Shown: in pieces, positions 1 to 9,254 of the stretch | Position numbering within the stretch: the stretch's first letter is position 1 | Layout: every line of letters starts with the position of its first letter | Source: a virus | Lineage: Duplodnaviria; Heunggongvirae; Uroviricota; Caudoviricetes | Length of the DNA: 64,000 nucleotides | IMG/VR virus record: IMGVR_UViG_3300029288_000059 | Location: 64,001 to 128,000 of that record | Reading direction: 5' to 3' (one strand) | Notes under the pieces: generated by a model | Seen by the model: only the letters and a program-made list of their open reading frames with translations | The model's database searches: none | Told to the model about the DNA's origin: nothing | Translations under genes and position numbers: made by a program

Positions 1-226
1 ATACAAAGATGTTCCAACAATATGTGATTGGTTATGGGATTACGAAGTAATATACATATCGACAAGAATTACGGACAGTAATAGGATATCAAGATATCCT
101 AATAATAATATGAGTATTTCAAAACATAACATACAGTTTTCTATGGAGGCCGATAGAACATATATTATAACATCAAAGTATTATCCTTCAATGACAGCTG
201 AAAAATACAGAATTAAACAAATAATG

Positions 227-442
227 CTACATGATTAGTACTGTTAAGTTATCTTCTTTACCAATATCAGTCACTCTATCTTTATAACCCTTATAATATT
301 TAAACTTAATATTAGTAGACATATTAAAACGAGCAATACAACGTTCAAACTTAAGAATTACATCTATGTCGTAAGGGAATGGTAATATGTATCGGTCTTC
401 TCGCATTGACATACATGGTTCGATATTTCGGTATTGCCTCAT
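227..442 (-). CDS. small RxLEPY-family protein (degenerate)
   Basis: MRQYRNIEPC N-terminus and IKFKYYKG resembling the family FKYVxG motif; start moved to ATG at 442. Confidence 0.5.
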   Translation of the reverse strand: MRQYRNIEPCMSMREDRYILPFPYDIDVILKFERCIARFNMSTNIKFKYYKGYKDRVTDIGKEDNLTVLIM

Positions 443-756
443 TATAACCACCATTGTTTGTTTAAATCATAAGAACTAATGTGATGCGTTCTATGTGGGG
501 AAGTGCGTTTTATCTCTATCTTTTTTTGAAATTGTTTCATTGCTTCACGTAATATACAATCGTCTAAGAATCGTTCAAACTGTATTAATTCAATTTTGTT
601 CGGTGAGTATTTGGTAGCGATAGGAGATGAGTTATATACATAGTTACGACTAATGACGGACTCACATTTGGTTATGCTTATTCCAACGTTACCCTTATAA
701 CTATATTTTTCTAGTAATATAGCATCATCAGTTATTGAGATTGTACGATAGGTCAT
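442..756 (-). CDS. hypothetical protein
   Basis: 104-aa ORF with upstream GGAG RBS, in operon with the RxLEPY array. Confidence 0.5.
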   Translation of the reverse strand: MTYRTISITDDAILLEKYSYKGNVGISITKCESVISRNYVYNSSPIATKYSPNKIELIQFERFLDDCILREAMKQFQKKIEIKRTSPHRTHHISSYDLNKQWWL

Positions 757-764
757 AACTACTC

Positions 765-1142
765 CTAATAATTGTAGTTGATATTATTAATTATAATAGT
801 ACCTTTATCCTCGGGTGGGGTATTAAAATCCCATCCTCGAAAAATCCTACCAACGTATAATGGACAACCATCGATTGTCCCTATATGATTATCTTGACAT
901 ATAAAGTCACCACCTACATAACGAGGACTACCCGTTAGTGAATATAATTCTATATGATTACATATAAACGTACCACTCACATATTTGAAATGTGGTAGTT
1001 GGTATTTCGTATCCATTATAACAGTCCCACGGTCGATAATATTATACAATGCACAATCATTGTATACTGTAATGCTTAATTCCCCCGTCCGTACTGATGA
1101 GTATGAGTAATTGTCATTGTATGGTTCTAAGTTTCTATTCAT
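765..1142 (-). CDS. RxLEPY-family LRR protein
   Basis: MNRNLEPY leader; LPHFKYVSG; SLTGSPRYVGGDFIC repeats. Confidence 0.75.
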   Translation of the reverse strand: MNRNLEPYNDNYSYSSVRTGELSITVYNDCALYNIIDRGTVIMDTKYQLPHFKYVSGTFICNHIELYSLTGSPRYVGGDFICQDNHIGTIDGCPLYVGRIFRGWDFNTPPEDKGTIIINNINYNY

Positions 1143-1542
1143 TTATAAATTCACCACTAATAGTAACTCCTTCAGACGAGGTAATATAGTTATGGAAATA
1201 ATTTAAACTACCACCTACATAGATAGGACAATATTTTAAACTTGTTAATTGGTTATTATCACAATCAAAATCTCTACCCACATAAATCGGACAACCCTTT
1301 AAACTTGTTAGTTTCATGTTACTACAAGTAAAGTCACCACCTACATAGATAGGGCATCCCTTTAAACTTGTTAATTGGTGATGATAACAAGCGAAATCGC
1401 CACGGGCATACTTGAAATGTGGTAATGTTTTAACCCCTGAATCATTCAAGTATTCATTATCACGAGTAATAATGTTAACATCACTAACTCGATATTTAAT
1501 AGATCTAACATCTGAACGGTATGGGTTAAGTTGTCTATTCAT
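1135..1542 (-). CDS. RxLEPY-family LRR protein
   Basis: MNRQLNPY leader; three 21-aa LTSLKxCPIYVGxxxxx repeats; ATGAATAG start/stop overlap with next gene. Confidence 0.8.
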   Translation of the reverse strand: MNRQLNPYRSDVRSIKYRVSDVNIITRDNEYLNDSGVKTLPHFKYARGDFACYHHQLTSLKGCPIYVGGDFTCSNMKLTSLKGCPIYVGRDFDCDNNQLTSLKYCPIYVGGSLNYFHNYITSSEGVTISGEFINE

Positions 1543-1960
1543 TTTGAAAACGACCTATGATTTTAATATTACGTGGTCTCTTCAAACTAATTCGATTGTC
1601 GTAACATGAAAATACATTACCTACATACTTAGGACTATATTTTAAATCAATTAAGTCATTGTTGTTACAAGTGAAATTACCTCCAACATACAACGGTGCA
1701 TATTGTAATGTTGTTAAATTATTTATATCACAATCAAAATCTCTACCCACATAGATTGGACTACCCTTTAAACTTGTTAGTTTCATTCCACTACAAGTAA
1801 TAAACCCCGCAACATATTTAAAGTTAGGTAGTCTATCATTATGTAATGTACAAGAACCTCTAATAATCATATTCGTAAATCCATCCATCCTATCGTATAA
1901 ACGAGTTAATGGTGATGAATTGCATTCTAATTGAGTATATGGTTCTAAGTCTCTATTCAT
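1535..1960 (-). CDS. RxLEPY-family LRR protein
   Basis: MNRDLEPY leader; 21-aa LRR-like repeats. Confidence 0.8.
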   Translation of the reverse strand: MNRDLEPYTQLECNSSPLTRLYDRMDGFTNMIIRGSCTLHNDRLPNFKYVAGFITCSGMKLTSLKGSPIYVGRDFDCDINNLTTLQYAPLYVGGNFTCNNNDLIDLKYSPKYVGNVFSCYDNRISLKRPRNIKIIGRFQNE

Positions 1961-2351
1961 TTTGAAAGTTACCCAATATTGTTATATGAACGGGGTGTGA
2001 TAGTTTTATTTTATTATTATAGCAATAGAATCCTCGTCCTGTATATAGAGGACTGTAATCCAAATTAGTTAATTGGTTATCCTCACAATGAAACCCACCA
2101 CCTACATAAATCGGGCAACCTTCTAAACTGGTTAATTGATTATCGTTACAGGTGAAATGACTACTCACATATTTAAATAGGGGTAGGGAATTCCCGTCTG
2201 CACGACAGTACCCTCTAATGATAATATTATTACTACCATTTAGACGAAGATAATAGTTTTGTTGTATATTATAATCGGATTCACATCTCCATTCTATTTT
2301 ACTATATGGCTCTAGTTTCCGTTTATATGGATTTATATAACTTTTCTTCAT
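1953..2351 (-). CDS. RxLEPY-family LRR protein
   Basis: RKLEPY motif; NQLTSLEGCPIYVGGGFHC repeats. Confidence 0.8.
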   Translation of the reverse strand: MKKSYINPYKRKLEPYSKIEWRCESDYNIQQNYYLRLNGSNNIIIRGYCRADGNSLPLFKYVSSHFTCNDNQLTSLEGCPIYVGGGFHCEDNQLTNLDYSPLYTGRGFYCYNNKIKLSHPVHITILGNFQNE

Positions 2352-2528
2352 ATATTAATGAACTCAATCTTGTATATGGTTCTTGTACTTATTAAATTTC
2401 TTACAGTATTTAATCCGTTTGAATGCATTGAAGTCATCAACCCCACGCCCTCATAACTACTAATGTTAATTAACAGTTAATTAAACTTAATTTAACCTAT
2501 CATTATTAATTTAACAAGACGGTATTTT

Positions 2529-2536
2529 TATAAATA
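2529..2536 (+). promoter_or_regulatory. T4-type late promoter (TATAAATA); further copies or near-copies at 9208, 11957, 18903, 21298(-), 24959, 26507, 35617, 37149, 40182, 40200(-), 49859, 57132, 57925
   Basis: match to the T4 gp55 late promoter consensus, recurring about 25-50 nt upstream of structural-gene starts. Confidence 0.7.
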
Positions 2537-2565
2537 TAACAAATAATGAATTGGAGTACAAGAAC

Positions 2566-3174
2566 ATGAGTATGAATCGTCAACAAAGATATACATATAC
2601 AATAACTTTAACCGATACAGATATCATCGGTTCGACTGTTGGATTCGTTACTAATAAGAAGATATGGCAGTATGATACGTTCACAACGGTTAAACCATTT
2701 ACTCCTGGTACTAATATACCAACATCAACCGCGATTTCAACAATGTTATCCGCTAGTAATTTTAGATGGAATCAAATATTAAAAAACATTGGATTTAATG
2801 CAATGCCTATATTAATTGGCAATGTCGTTACTAGTTCAATGACGATAGACACTTGTCCATCAACGATTACATTTGATGTAGTATATGAGAATGTTGACTA
2901 TATAACATATCCAGATAGTTTTAATGACGGGGTTGTCTTAACCGGTGTTGATGCAATAAAGAGAATGGTTTCTCTTGTATTAGCTAACCAATATTCACAA
3001 CAACTTTGTGAAGTGTTTAATGCCACTTTAGATGATTTAAATCGTCCATACGGGGTTAGTACTATTAAGATTGATATATTACCAATAGTAACTGGTTCAA
3101 CACTAGAAGCCCGTGTAACGGCATTAGAAACTAATAATATAACAGTTACCGTGGTCAAGGAAGAGATTATCTAG
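2566..3174 (+). CDS. late hypothetical protein, possibly structural
   Basis: downstream of TATAAATA and a GGAG RBS; Thr/Ile-rich composition. Confidence 0.5.
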   Translation: MSMNRQQRYTYTITLTDTDIIGSTVGFVTNKKIWQYDTFTTVKPFTPGTNIPTSTAISTMLSASNFRWNQILKNIGFNAMPILIGNVVTSSMTIDTCPSTITFDVVYENVDYITYPDSFNDGVVLTGVDAIKRMVSLVLANQYSQQLCEVFNATLDDLNRPYGVSTIKIDILPIVTGSTLEARVTALETNNITVTVVKEEII

Positions 3175-3459
3175 TTACAAAATGTTATTCATTACGGGGT
3201 GATTTATTTTTAATTCATTTGAGTCACTTTCCGTAAATTGTGATACTCTACCTTCATCATGCCATACTCTTAATGCATATAAACATTTTGTCGTACTAGT
3301 TAATAAAACGTATGTTTCATGGTTATTAGTATTTTTTAATATAATGTTAAGAGTATCACCATATGCAACGCATTGATTCCAGGTATTCCACCATAAGTTA
3401 GGATTACCTGTTTCTACTTGTAACTCACCCCGTTCTTCTTCTGGTCTAAACATAATCAT
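3175..3459 (-). CDS. hypothetical protein
   Basis: 94-aa ORF with GGAGG RBS and upstream TTGACT. Confidence 0.5.
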   Translation of the reverse strand: MIMFRPEEERGELQVETGNPNLWWNTWNQCVAYGDTLNIILKNTNNHETYVLLTSTTKCLYALRVWHDEGRVSQFTESDSNELKINHPVMNNIL

Positions 3460-3562
3460 TCCTCCATAATATATTTTTATATTATAACAAACTTTAGCTT
3501 AAAGTCAAGTAGTTGACTTTTATATTTGTATAATCTATTATGTTGAAACTGGAGATGACGGA

Positions 3563-5067
3563 TGTTATTTAACATCATATAATCTATTACATTTTATAAC
3601 AAAATACAACATTATTTGTATATAAAACATATTGACTGACTTATTAATTTAGTACATAATAACGTTAAATAATAAGGAATTTATATGATACGTACAAGTA
3701 CTCATTCTATACAAGACAGCAATACAGGTAAGTTAAACAACTTGGCTATATTGCATAATGAGTACATACGGGTATGTACGCAACTGATTGATTATTGTTG
3801 GGATAATCCAGTTATTACTTCTTATACATCAAGTGATAACATAATACATACTACTACTTTTGACGTATCACGTAATTTATTTGACTTGCCTGTATTTTTA
3901 CCAACTAACATAACAAAACTAGCCAAAATTGATACCTTTTTAACGGGTAAATCCCTTAAAAGTATCATTACTAAAGTGAATGGTATGCTTAAAGCAAGTA
4001 CTATTAAACAAAGAAAACGCATATACCAATATAATAAATTAAAGCAAGAGGGATATACTAAAAAACAACTATCTTCCCTTATTAAGAAAATAAAACAAAA
4101 TATACCACAAAAGCCAAATTGTTCCAATATCAATATGGAATACGATACCAATTGTTGTAAATTCTATTATACTAATAAAAATAACAATGAATTCAATGGG
4201 TTTGATGGCTTTTTACGTCTTACCGCCATTACTAAAAGTAAGATGAATATATGTATTCCTATTAAGATGACTAAACATTCTAATAAATTTAAAGATATTG
4301 GAAAGATGAAGACTTCCTTCCTAATAACACCAAAGAAAGTAGATATTAGATGGGATATACCAACACCACAACTCTGCACAACTGGTGAAGTTGTTGGTGC
4401 GGACCAAGGACTGTTAGATGTATTGACCCTATCAGATAAACAAGTAACAACCAAAGTAGACATACATGGACATACGCAGAAATCCATTATAGACAAAGTA
4501 TGTAGGAAGAAAAGAGGAAGTAAGGCATTTAAACGTGCTAAACAACATCAAGTCAATTTTGTTAATTGGTCTATCAACCAACTCAATTTTGATAATGTTA
4601 AGCAAGTAAATTTAGAAGATATATGGAACATTAATTATAAGAAGAATTCATGTTCAATGCTAACGCATTGGCAGAATACTATTATCAGAGACAAGTTGTT
4701 GTCTGTTTGCGAGCTACTCGGGGTCCGAGTAATCAAACAGGCATCTACTTATAGAAGTCAAAGATGTAGTGCGTGTGGACAAGTGCGGAAGTCGAATCGG
4801 AAAGGCAAGCTCTATACCTGCCATAATTGTGGTTTAGATATGGATGCAGATTTAAATGCATCTATCAATCTAAGTATGGATTTACCTGAAATCCCGTGGA
4901 ATTTACGCAAACTTAATTTGAATAGAAAAGGGTTTTACTGGACAAAAGACGGGTTGTTTAGTGATAACACCTATCTAGATAGATTAAGCGATGGGAGTTT
5001 ACAGTCCCCATCTCCGAATAAACTTAAAACAATACAAAGTTAATAATGTATTGGTTTAGGTGACTGT
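3563..5067 (+). mobile_element. non-autonomous IS607-type element 1 (TnpB only), TGT at both ends
   Basis: left end tgttatttaacatcatataatctattac shared with element 2; right end tgtattggtttaggtgactgt; removing it restores GGAG...ATG TTG AGA TAT TTA GAA CCT TAT. Confidence 0.85.
3685..5043 (+). CDS. tnpB: TnpB RNA-guided endonuclease
   Basis: RuvC motifs GADQG, NLED, DADLNA; zinc ribbon CSACG..CHNCG; KKRGSKAFKR. Confidence 0.9.
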   Translation: MIRTSTHSIQDSNTGKLNNLAILHNEYIRVCTQLIDYCWDNPVITSYTSSDNIIHTTTFDVSRNLFDLPVFLPTNITKLAKIDTFLTGKSLKSIITKVNGMLKASTIKQRKRIYQYNKLKQEGYTKKQLSSLIKKIKQNIPQKPNCSNINMEYDTNCCKFYYTNKNNNEFNGFDGFLRLTAITKSKMNICIPIKMTKHSNKFKDIGKMKTSFLITPKKVDIRWDIPTPQLCTTGEVVGADQGLLDVLTLSDKQVTTKVDIHGHTQKSIIDKVCRKKRGSKAFKRAKQHQVNFVNWSINQLNFDNVKQVNLEDIWNINYKKNSCSMLTHWQNTIIRDKLLSVCELLGVRVIKQASTYRSQRCSACGQVRKSNRKGKLYTCHNCGLDMDADLNASINLSMDLPEIPWNLRKLNLNRKGFYWTKDGLFSDNTYLDRLSDGSLQSPSPNKLKTIQS

Positions 5068-5083
5068 TGAGATATTTAGAACC
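4985..5083 (+). ncRNA. 3' part of predicted omegaRNA plus guide of element 1
   Basis: hairpin GATGGG-loop(ACAGTC)-CCCATC, second hairpin CAATACA..TGTATTG, terminal GACTGT complementary to the loop; 5' boundary not determined. Confidence 0.65.
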
Positions 5084-5360
5084 TTATAATTCAATACAAC
5101 GTACTCCTATTATACATTTAAAGAATACTAATATGATTAGTCGTGAATCCATATATGTTCGTTGGTATCATAATTCAATTAAATATATTGGTTCCGATGT
5201 ATACGTTAGAGAGGATGAATTTATAATTAACAATTACCCTCGATATATTGGCGGTAAATTAATGGTATCAGGAGTTAGTTATACATCGATGGTTAATGAT
5301 TTCACACGTTATATTAATGATCATGGTATCGTTATAATGAAAGGATTAAGTTTTGGTTAG
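5067..5360 (+). CDS. RxLEPY-family protein whose ATG/RBS were separated by element 1
   Basis: (M)LRYLEPY; degenerate KYIG/PRYIGG repeats. Confidence 0.65.
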   Translation: MRYLEPYNSIQRTPIIHLKNTNMISRESIYVRWYHNSIKYIGSDVYVREDEFIINNYPRYIGGKLMVSGVSYTSMVNDFTRYINDHGIVIMKGLSFG

Positions 5361-5640
5361 GTATTTAGAGCCTTATATCCAACATATAGATATTAATGAT
5401 GTAGTTAGATATAAACGCTATATCTGTCGTAAGAACCTATCATTAGAAAAACTTAATATGGATAGTATATTATCAATCAAATATATTAACGGTAAATTGT
5501 ATTATAAATCATTAGACCAATGGAAGAATCACGATTTTACTTTTTATTGTAATACATTGGAATATCAGAACCTATGGTGTGATTACCCAACCATTTTTCT
5601 TGGAAGTAGATTTCATGAATGTGGTATAATCCATGTATAG
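5353..5640 (+). CDS. RxLEPY-family protein
   Basis: VRYLEPY; IKYING degenerate repeat. Confidence 0.6.
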   Translation: MVRYLEPYIQHIDINDVVRYKRYICRKNLSLEKLNMDSILSIKYINGKLYYKSLDQWKNHDFTFYCNTLEYQNLWCDYPTIFLGSRFHECGIIHV

Positions 5641-5899
5641 AAATTTAGAACCATACAAAAAAATAATACATAATAATAGTGAAGTTTATAGTACTTCCCA
5701 TGAGTATAAATTTACTTGTAAATCTATAGAACAGAAGTATAAGAATCAAGTATTGCGTTTTGATAGCTACTATTCCAGCGACATATATTACAATTTCTAT
5801 TTTGGTTATAGAATATTCAATAACGTAGGAATGGATAATCAACCATTGAAATATGGTACTAATATATTTGAACATATGGGCGTCTTTTTGGAACTGTAA
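5633..5899 (+). CDS. RxLEPY-family protein
   Basis: MYRNLEPY leader. Confidence 0.6.
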   Translation: MYRNLEPYKKIIHNNSEVYSTSHEYKFTCKSIEQKYKNQVLRFDSYYSSDIYYNFYFGYRIFNNVGMDNQPLKYGTNIFEHMGVFLEL

Positions 5900-5912
5900 T
5901 ATTGGGTCAACG

Positions 5913-6197
5913 ATGATTAGACTTCTTGAACCATACTTAACTTATAGTTTATCCCATAATAAATTAAGAGATATGCATTAGTATTCTTATAATTGTATTA
6001 CTAGTGGTAGTAAACAGATTCTGTGTAGTCACGAATTATGTTGTAATTTAATTCACCAAGTTACGATTATTCATAATGATAAACGTGATGATAGTGACTA
6101 TTATAGAATGTTTTTACGAATGAAGTATTTTAATATGAATTATAATGAACGCTCATACGAATTCGTTCATGTGAAACATTGTGATATAGGTCGTTAA
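5913..6197 (+). pseudogene. RxLEPY-family gene with in-frame TAG at 5979-5981
   Basis: ATG ATT AGA CTT CTT GAA CCA TAC (MIRLLEPY); frame stays open after the TAG until TAA at 6195. Confidence 0.55.
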
Positions 6198-6883
6198 ATA
6201 ACCCCTTCATTACGATAGAATGTATATAACGTTTCAATCCATTCATCTTTGAGTGTATCAAATTCTTTACCATTAAAGACAAACTCTTGATATCCCCCTG
6301 TTCTATCGGCTATAAACAATACACCTTGATTTATATTTGTATCGTATAATTGATTATGTGCTATGGCGTATGCTGCGAGTTGTAACTGATACCCTTTAAT
6401 ATATTCTAGTTTTTTAGGTTTTTTTGTATTCTTATAGTCCATTATACTTGGAACACCTTTAAACGTCCCAATAAGGTCACTAGTACCAGCATAAAGCCCT
6501 TCCATATATAAACGGGCTTCACAGCCCCATACCTCCTGTACGTTGATTACCCCCTTATTTACGATGGCATTAGCTTGTAGTTGGGCAATCTTATATATCG
6601 CATTAGAATAATTAGGTATGGGTGTACCATTAACAACATATTCTTCTAACATTTCATGCATTAACGTACCTAGTTCAGATGCTTCTTTACCTTCACGCTC
6701 GGCTTGTTTGACACCAATACGTTTTTTCCATTCTTCTAAGAACGCATGGTCACTAGTTTCACCAAGTATCGTTGTAACTGAATGTATGTACTTATGAGTC
6801 TTAGGACATAGATATACCCGTCTACCCTTTGAATCAGTATTACGTTCGAATGTTGGATAGATATACTTATTAAGAATATGCAT
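6194..6883 (-). CDS. PD-(D/E)xK exonuclease (Cas4/MGME1-like phage exonuclease)
   Basis: SVTTIL, GTLMH, AGTSDLIG, DYKN, QLAAYA motifs. Confidence 0.85.
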   Translation of the reverse strand: MHILNKYIYPTFERNTDSKGRRVYLCPKTHKYIHSVTTILGETSDHAFLEEWKKRIGVKQAEREGKEASELGTLMHEMLEEYVVNGTPIPNYSNAIYKIAQLQANAIVNKGVINVQEVWGCEARLYMEGLYAGTSDLIGTFKGVPSIMDYKNTKKPKKLEYIKGYQLQLAAYAIAHNQLYDTNINQGVLFIADRTGGYQEFVFNGKEFDTLKDEWIETLYTFYRNEGVI

Positions 6884-6967
6884 TATATAGGTTCCCAGTA
6901 ACAAAATTAAATTTTGACTTACGTATGTAATATGTTAAAGTTAATTGAATTTAAAGGAGAAGTCAAA

Positions 6968-7339
6968 ATGTATATGATTAGCAAGACGGTTGAATTAGGA
7001 CATTCTATTTATACTGGTGGTTCTATCCGAATTGGTTTAGAATTCGATGATGTCGTAAATGATACAGATAAGGAATTTTATTCAAAGTTAATTGATTCAT
7101 TAGACCATACAATTATTACCATCGATGAATCAATTAAACAACAATCACGTAGATATTTTTTATTGAAGTCTTCATCTAATATTTTTTATGATATATGTTA
7201 TGTAATAACTAGTCTATTGAAAGATTCACCTAAGAGTAATAAGGAAAGATTTAAAATCCATATTGAATACGGGGATGAAACATATACGGGTGGGATGATA
7301 GTTGGTGAACATTTAATAAGTTATAATATAGAGGGTTAG
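6968..7339 (+). CDS. hypothetical protein, possibly a degenerate QueD-fold paralog
   Basis: MYMISK..GHS and LDH resemble QueD motifs; adjacent to queD. Confidence 0.4.
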   Translation: MYMISKTVELGHSIYTGGSIRIGLEFDDVVNDTDKEFYSKLIDSLDHTIITIDESIKQQSRRYFLLKSSSNIFYDICYVITSLLKDSPKSNKERFKIHIEYGDETYTGGMIVGEHLISYNIEG

Positions 7340-7342
7340 TAC

Positions 7343-7936
7343 ATGATTATTAGAAAACAGTTCAAATTTAATAATACTCACGTCGTTAGAAATTGTTCTA
7401 GTGAACGTTGTAAGCATAGTATTCATTCCCATACATATAAAGTAGAACTATTATTTGAAGCTCATGGTTTAGATAATGGTCATATGGTAATGGATTTTGG
7501 ATTAATGAAAGATAATATCAAAGATATTATTATGTCATTTAATAAATCTGTTACATATTGGGACAAAGACACTAGTGAATATATTGATTCTGTTAAAGGT
7601 GATAGGTGGATTAGTTTACCAGTGAATCCATCAGCTGAACAAATAAGTAGAGTTATATTCATGCTAGTAAACTCAATTATTAGTAAGACTGAGTTTGCTA
7701 ACGGTGAATGTACTCCTATTGTAAATTCTGTAATTGTACACGAGACAGAAACAGGATATGCACAGTGCTTTAGAGAAGATGTTACTAATCCTAATATGGG
7801 AACTATAACACTTGATACAATTATAGTTTCCGATGGGGTCGCGTCTTCTTGGAAAGATAAAGACTTATATAACAAGATTAAGTCTAGTAATCGTATTGAG
7901 TTCATTAATGTTAAACCGTTGATTCAGGTACAATAG
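7343..7936 (+). CDS. queD: 6-carboxytetrahydropterin synthase (long QueD type)
   Basis: HVVRNCSSERCKHSIHSHTYKVE, MDFGLMK, PSAEQ, VHETETGYA. Confidence 0.85.
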   Translation: MIIRKQFKFNNTHVVRNCSSERCKHSIHSHTYKVELLFEAHGLDNGHMVMDFGLMKDNIKDIIMSFNKSVTYWDKDTSEYIDSVKGDRWISLPVNPSAEQISRVIFMLVNSIISKTEFANGECTPIVNSVIVHETETGYAQCFREDVTNPNMGTITLDTIIVSDGVASSWKDKDLYNKIKSSNRIEFINVKPLIQVQ

Positions 7937-8242
7937 ATGAATAGTAGAGATATCATACTTGAGAATAGTTTTAATGAACTAGTTCGTTATATGGAAGAAG
8001 AAATCCCTAGTTACGAGTTTGTATCTGGAATTGAATACTTTAAGAAGATGACTGAGTTTCACGCCAATGATATGGACGCAGTAATTGCTTATGATACCAT
8101 TATACAGTTATATAATTGGTGGAAATATAAGAGACCTACTCGTCCCGAGCCATTAAATGTAACGGATATGGAATCTAATATGATGGAAGACAATGTAAAG
8201 TTCTCAAGTTTGGCTAGTGTTTGGAGTTGGTTATGGATTTAA
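7937..8242 (+). CDS. hypothetical protein, paralog of downstream gene
   Basis: LYNWWK..RPTRPEP and terminal LW motif shared with 8233-8817. Confidence 0.55.
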   Translation: MNSRDIILENSFNELVRYMEEEIPSYEFVSGIEYFKKMTEFHANDMDAVIAYDTIIQLYNWWKYKRPTRPEPLNVTDMESNMMEDNVKFSSLASVWSWLWI

Positions 8243-8817
8243 ATATTAGAGGGTATCGTTATAAACTATTCCCATTCACAGATGTAAAGATGGATATTGA
8301 CCATAACTATATGGATACTAGAGACCGTTTATTGTATTCACTAATGCAATGTGTGGTGGACTATGTTGAAGTCGAAAATGCAATGATGTATTTGTTTTGC
8401 TTTTCAGATGCGAAGAAAGAGTTATCATTAAAGGATAAGATATTCTATTATCTTCCTCTACCATTTAGAAGTGCTAAACTTGGTATGAAGTATTTAGAAG
8501 AAGAAATAAAAACCGATGATGTAAATGACTTTCAACGTATACGTGCCGAAGTAACATTAGAAGTATATAAATGGTGGAAGTTAATTCGTCCATATAGACA
8601 AGACCCATATACTGCATTTGACGAACCATTGGTTACTCCGATAATAAACAAAGTCAACCTTGATTTACCATTTACGGAAGTTTCATATACAGAAGAAGAA
8701 TCAAAGTTATTGAATGAACATTATAGTAAGATTAATGAATTGGAAACCAAGTATGACAAAGAAGATAATGAAATGATGCATAAGATTATTAATATTAGAC
8801 TTAGTATGTGGGTTTAG
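8233..8817 (+). CDS. conserved phage hypothetical protein
   Basis: VYKWWK..RPYRQDP...EDNEMM..IR.SMW motif. Confidence 0.6.
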   Translation: MDLNIRGYRYKLFPFTDVKMDIDHNYMDTRDRLLYSLMQCVVDYVEVENAMMYLFCFSDAKKELSLKDKIFYYLPLPFRSAKLGMKYLEEEIKTDDVNDFQRIRAEVTLEVYKWWKLIRPYRQDPYTAFDEPLVTPIINKVNLDLPFTEVSYTEEESKLLNEHYSKINELETKYDKEDNEMMHKIINIRLSMWV

Positions 8818-8827
8818 GGAGTAACAA

Positions 8828-9178
8828 TTGAATAGAAACTTAGAATCATACCAATCAGACATTGAATTTAGTGAGTATCGAGTTAGTGATGTTAATATTA
8901 TCACTCGTGATAAGGTAGACTTGAGCGGTTTATCTTTAGTAACATTACCTCATTTCAAAAGTATAGGTGGTAATTTAGATTGTCGTCATAACCAATTAAC
9001 TAGTTTAAAAGGATGTCCTACTTATATAAGTGGTACTTTAGATTGTCGTTATAATCAATTAACAAGTTTAGAAGGATGTCCTACCAGTATAGGTGGTGGT
9101 TTATATTGTTATCATAACAAAGACAAATTATCGTGTCCTAAAGGGGTTGAGATTGGAGGGAAATTTATAAATTCATGA
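8828..9178 (+). CDS. RxLEPY-family LRR protein (mosaic)
   Basis: NRNLESY leader; LRR DNA nearly identical to the PcfJ-LRR genes. Confidence 0.8.
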   Translation: MNRNLESYQSDIEFSEYRVSDVNIITRDKVDLSGLSLVTLPHFKSIGGNLDCRHNQLTSLKGCPTYISGTLDCRYNQLTSLEGCPTSIGGGLYCYHNKDKLSCPKGVEIGGKFINS

Positions 9179-9254
9179 TAATATCTTAAAATAAGAATTT
9201 AACCTATTATAAATAATAGTATAATTTGTTTCAATTATTGGGAAGTCCAATCAA

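Noticed and set aside
2-237. Open frame at the window start on the + strand
   Set aside because: Partial, with no recognisable motif; cannot be assigned
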